51,845 nt of DNA from a virus. Taxonomy: Duplodnaviria > Caudoviricetes. Below the pieces are notes generated by a model, which did no database searches, had not been told where the DNA came from, and saw nothing but the letters and a program-made list of their open reading frames with translations. A program made the translations under genes and the position numbers. This document shows, one piece after another, positions 18,263 through 25,756 of the stretch. The first letter of the stretch is position 1. Each line of letters starts with the position of its first letter. The stretch spans positions 1-51,845 of IMG/VR virus record IMGVR_UViG_3300035670_000294. One strand, written 5' to 3'.

Positions 18263-18520
18263 AGTAGTTTTTCATAGAATGCTTTGAATATAGGGATTCT
18301 ATCTATTATATTCAATCTACTTAGTAAAAACTAAAATATTTATTGGACACCAAACGATCTATATATAGAGATTTATATACTCTAGTGTCCAAATTTTTTT
18401 TAGGTTTTTAGTGTAGTACTATCAATAGAATGAATCGGCGGCGGCAGTTTGACGCATTCTATGAAATTTTACTACTGAAAAATTTAGTGGTTTTTGGGAA
18501 ATTTTTTGGACACTAAGAGG
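18263..18520 (+). other. Dyad element copy 2 (candidate origin) with extra symmetric arm and third box
   Basis: TTGGACAC at 18343 and GTGTCCAA ending 18392; satellite 18433..18464; mirror TCATAGAATGC at 18272; extra TTTGGACACTA at about 18505. Confidence 0.6.
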
Positions 18521-18570
18521 AAGATTCTTAGGGTGATTCAAACTTAGCCAGTGACAAATAATTGTCACAT

Positions 18571-20037
18571 TTACCGGCTTAGGTGCACCATCAAACTCCC
18601 TGCAAGATTACAATAGCTTAGGCTGTGGAAGTAGTGATCGGGTCCAGTGTCGACCCACTTAGACCGATTTCCGTCAAGGTCAATAATCCTTGTACTATTC
18701 TGCAGGTGATTTACAAAATCTTTATTGTCCACTGTCTCGATGTTCAAGGGCAGTTTATAAACCCCTTTGACGAAATTCGTTTTGACAGTATCAAGGGCGG
18801 AAGTCCTATCGACTGAAATCGTCCTGCTTTCAATCTTCGTCTTAGAGAATTCATGCCCTTGTAAATAGAGACAGCGAAAAAGGTTTGTGATTTCGGATTG
18901 CAATTCATGTACTAGCCGGATTTCGGGTAACGCGTCAATGACTCCAATCCGTACATTATACCTTTTGGCTATGTCCAAAATATCATCTTTGGTTCTTAAT
19001 CCCCCGGCATAGACAAGTCTGTTGTCAGTATCGAGAATAGTACAATGGAGTTTAGTTCCAACGTCTATTCCCATAAAACAAAGTTTCTCATTGTAGGAAT
19101 CGGGAAAGCGTTTATACTCTTTGTCGATACACCCCAGAATCATTTCTAAGGCTATTTTTGAGCCTGCTGGCGTGTACGAAAGTCCTAAGTCATCATTATA
19201 GAACCGGGCAAGTGCAGAGTCGTCATTTAACGCGTCTTTATAGCCTTCATAGATTTCCGACAAGGGTACATTCCCTGAGAATAGTTTATTGATGAAATAT
19301 CCCTTGTTTAGGCTCTTAGGGTTTTCTGCTATCCACTCTCCCTCCTTCTTCAAGTCAATAGGGACATGACAATTAGTACAATACGCCTTCAATGACTCAC
19401 CTATTCTATAGTCAAGGTCAAGGCATTCTCCTTGAGGACTAACAACGTTGGAAAAGAAATCGGGTGTTTGCCAGTGATTACAACTATCACACTTGATATG
19501 CCATCGGCGAAGGTCAGTCTTTTTCATCTCCTTGTCAATGCCATAGTCTTTGATTGACGGGTTTCCTATACGCCTAATAATTCTATACTCTGAGTTCCCT
19601 AACCTTGACACTGCCCGCTTAACGTTGTCTTGGTCGCATTTATCCAATTCGTCAATAGTCACACAATCCGCCGGGAATTCTTGGAATTGAGATTCTGAAT
19701 TAGAGTACACAAAAGCAATAAAAGAATTAGCCATCTGCTTCTGAGATACTGAATCGACCTTCATCTCTTTCTTGTACCGTTGATTATTCGAGATAATTTC
19801 ATTTACCCGTGAGACAAACCGATTCCGTAAAGGCTCTGTAGGTAAGACATAGAATTGGTTAAGCCCTTCAAGTGCCATCTCTAGGGCAGTGACAGTTGAA
19901 TAGAGGGAAATTCCACACTGTGTACTTTTCTGAATGGCTATTGAATTTTTATGGTTGGCATAGATTTCATAATTCCAATGATTTTTTTTAATCCGTATAG
20001 GAAGTTTCTTTTCATTGGTTAATAAACTAAAGTTCAA
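18571..20037 (-). CDS. terL: Terminase large subunit (lambda gpA-like)
   Basis: KSTQCGIS, TIDELD, Zn ribbon, FMGIDVG and DHYFHS nuclease motifs. Confidence 0.92.
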   Translation of the reverse strand: MNFSLLTNEKKLPIRIKKNHWNYEIYANHKNSIAIQKSTQCGISLYSTVTALEMALEGLNQFYVLPTEPLRNRFVSRVNEIISNNQRYKKEMKVDSVSQKQMANSFIAFVYSNSESQFQEFPADCVTIDELDKCDQDNVKRAVSRLGNSEYRIIRRIGNPSIKDYGIDKEMKKTDLRRWHIKCDSCNHWQTPDFFSNVVSPQGECLDLDYRIGESLKAYCTNCHVPIDLKKEGEWIAENPKSLNKGYFINKLFSGNVPLSEIYEGYKDALNDDSALARFYNDDLGLSYTPAGSKIALEMILGCIDKEYKRFPDSYNEKLCFMGIDVGTKLHCTILDTDNRLVYAGGLRTKDDILDIAKRYNVRIGVIDALPEIRLVHELQSEITNLFRCLYLQGHEFSKTKIESRTISVDRTSALDTVKTNFVKGVYKLPLNIETVDNKDFVNHLQNSTRIIDLDGNRSKWVDTGPDHYFHSLSYCNLAGSLMVHLSR

Positions 20038-20039
20038 TG

Positions 20040-20450
20040 TTACTCCAGCTCTAAGAGCATAGCGTTAATTTCTTCATCTGTGTAACCGTCTTCCTTCCAA
20101 GCGGATATGAATTGAATTTGCTTTCCTGTTAATGTTAATCTGTCTGGAATATCCAATAAGGCAAAATCAACCCGTTCTTTAGATTTTCCATAGACTCTAT
20201 CTAGTACACTATCAATGGCTTTTAGTTCACCATCTAGAGCTTTATCTATGAGAGTTTTTATTATTCTATCTATGACGGTCTTTTCGGATTCATCGGTTTC
20301 AAGTAACGCTTTTTCAAGTGCTTCCTCTATAGAAGGAATTCTGGGCTTTCTGCCAGCGTTTTTAGTATTACCCGATTTTAGTTTGCCTCCGTTTTTACCT
20401 TCACGCATTACGGGATTTATCGGGATTGACTCGTTAGAATTATTACTCAT
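20040..20450 (-). CDS. terS: Terminase small subunit
   Basis: KSGN...GRKP...KALDGELKAI..LDRVYGK; directly upstream of terL. Confidence 0.75.
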   Translation of the reverse strand: MSNNSNESIPINPVMREGKNGGKLKSGNTKNAGRKPRIPSIEEALEKALLETDESEKTVIDRIIKTLIDKALDGELKAIDSVLDRVYGKSKERVDFALLDIPDRLTLTGKQIQFISAWKEDGYTDEEINAMLLELE

Positions 20451-20706
20451 AATTTGATTAGACAAAAAAAATCCCTTTTGTCAAGTACTTTTTGTATACT
20501 AACAAAAGGGAATAAAAAGAAGGTAGTTTACGTTGATGAATTTAGAATTAGTACATTAATTCACTTTTTATTTAATTCAAACTTATCAAGTATTTTATCC
20601 ACTATAGTATTTGTTATGTCTGTTTGTTTTTCTGGTTCAGTTTTTAAATAATTGGCTATCTCATTTCTAATTATATTAAACAGGAATCTTTTTATAAAAT
20701 ATTCTT

Positions 20707-21084
20707 TCACGTCAACTCTCTCCGCATCCTATTGATGATTCCAATTCGTCTTTCAAGTGGCACAGCATGAATTGAGCACTCATGGGAATAGAAAGCTTTC
20801 TCAATGTCATGAGCAAATAGTTTAGTCCTTCCCGAAAAACCGAAAATCCTTTTCGGGTTCACAGGGTTAGAACTATAGGCAATAACAGGAAAGTCATATT
20901 CCTTGATTTCAGAATCCCCGCTTAACTTCCTGACCTCAGAATAGAAGTCAGAATGGATTTGTAAAAATGATTGTGTACTAGTTTCGATTGGCATTATTTC
21001 CCTCTTTAATTTCTTTGAATATAATTTCATTGTCGGAAACAGTACATTGAATATTTTCGACAGTGAAAGTTTCTTCTTCCTCAA
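20707..21084 (-). CDS. Hypothetical protein
   Basis: ORF on the dominant strand. Confidence 0.6.
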   Translation of the reverse strand: MRKKKLSLSKIFNVLFPTMKLYSKKLKREIMPIETSTQSFLQIHSDFYSEVRKLSGDSEIKEYDFPVIAYSSNPVNPKRIFGFSGRTKLFAHDIEKAFYSHECSIHAVPLERRIGIINRMRRELT

Positions 21085-21136
21085 ATCTATAGTCCCGAAT
21101 CATCGAGACTATATTTTCAACTATTTGAAGATTCAA

Positions 21137-21319
21137 TCAATCCCCCAGCACAATATCACAAAGACGGTTAAAATCTAATTCGTCCATCTCTATAAAGTGG
21201 ATTGAATTGTCAGTGACAATACAGCATTGGTCGCCATAAGACAATGTATTCAAACTATCTAAATTTACTAAATAGTTGTCTACTCTCACAAATTTTCCTA
21301 CTCTAATAATTTTAATCAT
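21137..21319 (-). CDS. Hypothetical protein
   Basis: GAGGAG SD and a promoter upstream. Confidence 0.65.
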   Translation of the reverse strand: MIKIIRVGKFVRVDNYLVNLDSLNTLSYGDQCCIVTDNSIHFIEMDELDFNRLCDIVLGD

Positions 21320-21341
21320 AATTTACTCCTCTAAATTTCCT

Positions 21342-21375
21342 TTTGGTAGTCTACCAAATCATTCAATATTGTCAA
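21342..21375 (-). promoter_or_regulatory. Promoter TTGACA-N16-TAGACT overlapped by the perfect dyad TTTGGTAG-T-CTACCAAA
   Basis: Dyad at 21342..21358 covers the -10 element (21348..21353). Confidence 0.7.
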
Positions 21376-21679
21376 CTACTTTTTCAACGGGTAAAGTTTC
21401 TTCCTGAGCCACTCCCCCCGTGAGTCTTTCCAGTTTGACCAATAGTTCAAGAATCTTCTTAACCCTGAAATTAATCTTCCTGTCTTTTGTAATATTGATA
21501 ACGTGTCCGTGAGTCAATTTCAATAGTCTGGCACTCTCTTTTGTACCGATTGTCTCTATTTTGTTTTGCAATCGTTTCAGTAGTTGACCCCTGAGTTCCG
21601 CTATCGTTTCGTAAATTTCAAAATGTTTCATCTGGAACGATAGTGAAACGGCTTGTGTTTTTAAATTAATTTCGCTCAT
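21359..21679 (-). CDS. Putative XRE-like HTH transcription regulator
   Basis: TKESARLLKLTHGHVINI...NFRVKKILELLVKL resembles an HTH. Confidence 0.55.
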   Translation of the reverse strand: MSEINLKTQAVSLSFQMKHFEIYETIAELRGQLLKRLQNKIETIGTKESARLLKLTHGHVINITKDRKINFRVKKILELLVKLERLTGGVAQEETLPVEKVVDNIE

Positions 21680-22449
21680 GATTGTACTCCTCTAGCGTTA
21701 TTTTTTTCATAAGATATTATTCTATCGAAATGTCTTTTCGCATATTCATCAAAGTAATTGAGGTCCTTAATAAATCCTTCTTCAGCTAAGACTCTGGCGA
21801 ATTGAAGTCTTCCTTCTGCTTGCCTTAAGACAGTCAAATTACAATTGTTTTCATTGGCTATTTGAATGATTAACTTATCTAACCTTTCATCAATCCTTAA
21901 ATCATACTCTTTTTTACTCTCCCCTATTGAGTCACCCTTGACCCCTCCCCTATTGGCAGACTGCCTTGAATAGGGCTTCTCGTGTACTCTTACGCTACCC
22001 ACCGGCTTTTCGTGTACCCTCTCTTGTGAGTAGGGGAGGGCTTTAACAGGGATAGCATTAATCTCTTTTTCATAACGTCTATTTTCTAAAACCCTTGTAT
22101 CAAGAAAAATAGAAATCGGGTCCGGCTTATCCTTCGCTACCCTTGTCATTGTGTACCCTATAAGGAAGATTAACCCGATAAAGAGCAGCATAAAAGTATT
22201 TTGCAATACAGAGGAAGACTTCAGGAATGAAATAAAGAAATATGAAATTCCCATTGTAAAACTACCTATCAAAGTATATGCAATTACTCTTCCTGCTTGT
22301 ACTCTGTCTAGCATCCCGACAACGATTGAAACGAGGAGAAACCAAAATGAAAATAACTGCAACAGTAGTTGTCCCTTAAAATACCACCCGATGAAAATTG
22401 AAAACGGGGTGATTAACAAGATACTAATAATAAACCTTTCCATTCCCAT
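21676..22449 (-). CDS. Membrane protein (about 4 N-terminal TM helices) with cytoplasmic domain
   Basis: Hydrophobic N-terminus; internal RVHEKP duplication. Confidence 0.7.
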   Translation of the reverse strand: MGMERFIISILLITPFSIFIGWYFKGQLLLQLFSFWFLLVSIVVGMLDRVQAGRVIAYTLIGSFTMGISYFFISFLKSSSVLQNTFMLLFIGLIFLIGYTMTRVAKDKPDPISIFLDTRVLENRRYEKEINAIPVKALPYSQERVHEKPVGSVRVHEKPYSRQSANRGGVKGDSIGESKKEYDLRIDERLDKLIIQIANENNCNLTVLRQAEGRLQFARVLAEEGFIKDLNYFDEYAKRHFDRIISYEKNNARGVQS

Positions 22450-22937
22450 TAGAAGTCACCTCTCAATAGTAGCATAGTGAAATATGCACTAACGCACATC
22501 AAGACAGTTGACGCTATAATATCAACTGATTGAATCTCAGTAAACACCGAAAACAAATAGCCAAGCAAACTCGCGAAGGCTACCAAATAAATGAAGACGA
22601 CTGAATCTTTATAAAATTTCATTGTACTCTCCTTTATCTTCTTCTTCCTTTAAAAGTCTCAATACGGTCTCGCTTGATATACTATCGTATATACTGCAAA
22701 GTTGTTTAAGTTGCTCTAATCCTTTTAATCCTGTTATATATTCCATTGTACTCTCCTTTACCTAACCAAATCTTCATCTTCCAAGTATGATTCAAAAATT
22801 GAAATCATCTTACCTTTCAACCTAACTTTCATTTCATATTCATTCAAGAACCTTTCTTCTTTCAATGAGTATTCATCTACAATACTATTTACAGCCTCTG
22901 TAATTTCGTCTTTGTAATCCACGTTATTTTACTCTCC

Positions 22938-23225
22938 TTAGTTTATTAATTCAAATGGTACATCGGACAATATTATTTCCATAATACAACTGATTTCTTT
23001 TTCCGGTACATTACACAATATTGAAAGTTTCCCTATTGCAATTCCTATCACATAATATAGCTCTCCAATTGTTTGAATAGAAGTATTTGTTTCATACTCT
23101 ACATATACAATGTTTTCATTGTATTCAGTTTTAAGGAAAAAAGTATTGTAATGTAATAATCCAAGCATAACAAATTCTTTTGGGGAACCCTTTTCTATCT
23201 CAACCTTTATAAATGTTTTGTTCAT
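22938..23225 (-). CDS. Hypothetical protein
   Basis: ATGA-coupled ORF. Confidence 0.6.
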   Translation of the reverse strand: MNKTFIKVEIEKGSPKEFVMLGLLHYNTFFLKTEYNENIVYVEYETNTSIQTIGELYYVIGIAIGKLSILCNVPEKEISCIMEIILSDVPFELIN

Positions 23226-23998
23226 TTCACTCTCCTTAGTTTAACGTTATCTTTTTTATGATTGCTTGTTCTAATCTTGTACTTTTCATTAATCCTAAAG
23301 ACCTTCGTCTTGCTCACCCCTAACAAGTCTGAAATCTCTTTATAAGACATCCCCTTAGCCAATAACTTGCAAGCTTCCTTGTCTAAATCAAACTCGACCA
23401 TCTTAGGTTTGCCAATCTCAGACTTCAATAAAGAAGTCATAACCACTATTCCAAGTGGGAAAAAGACGGAAGAAATAATAGCTGCAAGTAATAAACCTAA
23501 GAACTTAATCCAATTGAATTCCTTAGAGGAAGACTTTCTATTCTCTAAATCCCCAGCTAATGAATTGACTTCCATGTACTTTTTTTCATAGTCGGCTTTG
23601 CACTTGTTAAATGATGCCTTGTCAATCCACTTTCCATTAGACCACTTGTTAGTATAATCCGACACGTTACACTCCTTCAGGTCAATACAATTTCCTTGTA
23701 CTCCTTTGGGGTGATTGCAAGAATATTTATAATTGATTTGAGAGTAGGAAACAAAGGTTTCTTTTATCATTTCATTAATTGAGACAATGAAGCTTACCAT
23801 AACCATAGTGATAATGAATCCCTTAGCCAATATAGAGGAGTGATATATCCCTGCTACAATAAGAGCCAGACATATTGATAGGGTAAGAACACCCGAAAAG
23901 ATTTTATTTGATGAAACTAAATTATAGAATTCCCACACCCTAGAACTTTCAAGGGCAGTGAATAAGATGATAGATATAATGTATAATAACTTTTTCAT
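23222..23998 (-). CDS. Membrane protein with C-terminal HTH
   Basis: 4 TM segments, a Cys-rich loop, then LLAKGMSYKEISDLLGVSKTKVFR. Confidence 0.75.
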   Translation of the reverse strand: MKKLLYIISIILFTALESSRVWEFYNLVSSNKIFSGVLTLSICLALIVAGIYHSSILAKGFIITMVMVSFIVSINEMIKETFVSYSQINYKYSCNHPKGVQGNCIDLKECNVSDYTNKWSNGKWIDKASFNKCKADYEKKYMEVNSLAGDLENRKSSSKEFNWIKFLGLLLAAIISSVFFPLGIVVMTSLLKSEIGKPKMVEFDLDKEACKLLAKGMSYKEISDLLGVSKTKVFRINEKYKIRTSNHKKDNVKLRRVK

Positions 23999-24071
23999 GT
24001 ACTAATTGTCGGTCGAAGACTTTCAGTACATGAATTATTTTTTTGTAGATTAGGAAAAAAGGATTAAAGTT

Positions 24072-24704
24072 TTATCCCCACTGGTCAGCCATAGCTTTTG
24101 CAATTCCGGGAAATGTTTTGCTTCTTAATCTTGACCTTTCTTCTTTAGGAAGTGATATAGTTTTAAAGTGCCATTCTGAATCTGTCCTTCCCGATTTGTG
24201 TACTATTATTTTAGGTTTAACTATATTGGATGGATTAAATAAATTATCTCCATACATAAGCGGGGATAAACCTTTCAACCATAAACACGTTGCTTTTCTT
24301 TCACTATCCCCAAAATAATAGGGGTGTATTATCTGAGAGTATTTTAACAACGGGTTTATATATCCTATAGGATTTTCAATTGCTATTTTAGGAATATTGG
24401 ATTGATAAAGCTTCATGAAAAATTCAATTGCTTTTTCTCTTTCTTCAATTCGTTTAATAGCCTTCTCCCCGTACACTTCTTTGTTAAACCACCTATTCCC
24501 GGTGACTGTCAAATAAGTACATGGTGGGTGAGCAATCATCATATCCCATGAATCATTAATCACGTTAAACACATCGTCTTTAATATGCCATTGAGGATAG
24601 CCACCGGAACAATCAACAACATCACAGCTATATGCGTTATGTCCTTTATCCCTAAAGGCTTTACAAACCGTCTGACTTTCTTCACAGGCAATTAAAACTT
24701 TCAT
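24072..24704 (-). CDS. DNA cytosine-5 methyltransferase-like protein (short phage type)
   Basis: VLIACEES, AHPPCT (catalytic PC), IENP and RSKTFPGIA motifs. Confidence 0.85.
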   Translation of the reverse strand: MKVLIACEESQTVCKAFRDKGHNAYSCDVVDCSGGYPQWHIKDDVFNVINDSWDMMIAHPPCTYLTVTGNRWFNKEVYGEKAIKRIEEREKAIEFFMKLYQSNIPKIAIENPIGYINPLLKYSQIIHPYYFGDSERKATCLWLKGLSPLMYGDNLFNPSNIVKPKIIVHKSGRTDSEWHFKTISLPKEERSRLRSKTFPGIAKAMADQWG

Positions 24705-24736
24705 AATAATATTATCTACATAAACCGGGAAATACT

Positions 24737-25402
24737 TTAAACTTTTTTAATATACGTGAGAGTATTCTGCACCTTGAAAACCTTACTCAATAGCAATTCC
24801 CACTTGTACCAAACCCCTTTGCCTGAGCTACTTTTAGAATAACCCCGATTTAAGTCACCAAAGGAATCATGGACTTGTAAATCGATATTCCCATCGGCAC
24901 GCCTCCCATATCCTATCACTGAGATTATATGTCCTTCTTTAGTAATGTCAGTGGAAGTGATAACGTCAAAGCCAGATAGGTCAAGACGATTGACAATCTC
25001 TTTGATGTGAGTCTCAGGTGTCGCACATTGTATTTTCTCAAATCTAAGGGGGATTGAATTTTGAGAAAAGAAGATATTCCAATGGTCTCTGTGGACTTGG
25101 GACGAAAATCTTTTCTTGTCTTTGAATATAAAATAATAAGCTTCCTCTGTCAATGCCTTTAGGTATTCATTATTGTAGACCTTACCAATATCAATCAATC
25201 GACCGCAGAAAGAACTAATCATACATTGGTCGCTTGTCACGTTATCTCTCTGGTCAAGGAAGGTCTCATTCCCTTCAATGTCCTTGATGGTCAACGTATC
25301 ATCTTTTTTTAGTACATCGGCATATACCATATCTACCAAATCGTTGAAAGACTTTTTCATTGTACTAATTCTATTTAGGATTTCTTCTTTGCTTTCTTGC
25401 AT
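24737..25402 (-). CDS. Peptidase C39-like protein (candidate endolysin)
   Basis: QRDN...QC, GHIISVIGY and VHDSFG give a Cys-His-Asp triad. Confidence 0.75.
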   Translation of the reverse strand: MQESKEEILNRISTMKKSFNDLVDMVYADVLKKDDTLTIKDIEGNETFLDQRDNVTSDQCMISSFCGRLIDIGKVYNNEYLKALTEEAYYFIFKDKKRFSSQVHRDHWNIFFSQNSIPLRFEKIQCATPETHIKEIVNRLDLSGFDVITSTDITKEGHIISVIGYGRRADGNIDLQVHDSFGDLNRGYSKSSSGKGVWYKWELLLSKVFKVQNTLTYIKKV

Positions 25403-25578
25403 TTAACTGCTCCTTGACTATCAATGTACTTTCTTTCTTTCATAAGGTCAATCAATTTTATAGCAGAATGATAGCCAATCCCTAACCTTCTTTGTATAAC
25501 TGTCGGTAGAGCTTGACCGTCAAGTCTGGCCAGTTTGCAGGCTTCTTCATAATAATATTCTATCTCTGATTTAGTCAC
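25375..25578 (-). CDS. Stand-alone FtsK gamma-domain protein
   Basis: IQRRLGIGYHSAIKLIDLMKERKYI matches the FtsK-gamma signature LQRRLRIGYNRAARLID. Confidence 0.8.
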   Translation of the reverse strand: MTKSEIEYYYEEACKLARLDGQALPTVIQRRLGIGYHSAIKLIDLMKERKYIDSQGAVKCKKAKKKS

Positions 25579-25579
25579 G

Positions 25580-25732
25580 TTATTTCTCTCCTTGATTAAC
25601 TTCCTCTAATAACAAGTCTTGTTTATATCTCAATACAATCTTCCTACAGAGTAGGTAAACTAGTCTTTTATATTCTTTGGGTAATGAATCCCATTTTACA
25701 AGAATTGTTTTTAAGGTCTTAATTATTTTCAT
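25580..25732 (-). CDS. 50-aa leaderless ORF, not in the track
   Basis: Translated by hand (MKIIKTLK...QGEK); its stop abuts C-GTG of the next gene. Confidence 0.55.
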   Translation of the reverse strand: MKIIKTLKTILVKWDSLPKEYKRLVYLLCRKIVLRYKQDLLLEEVNQGEK

Positions 25733-25756
25733 GTACTGATTATCGGTCAATGTCAA

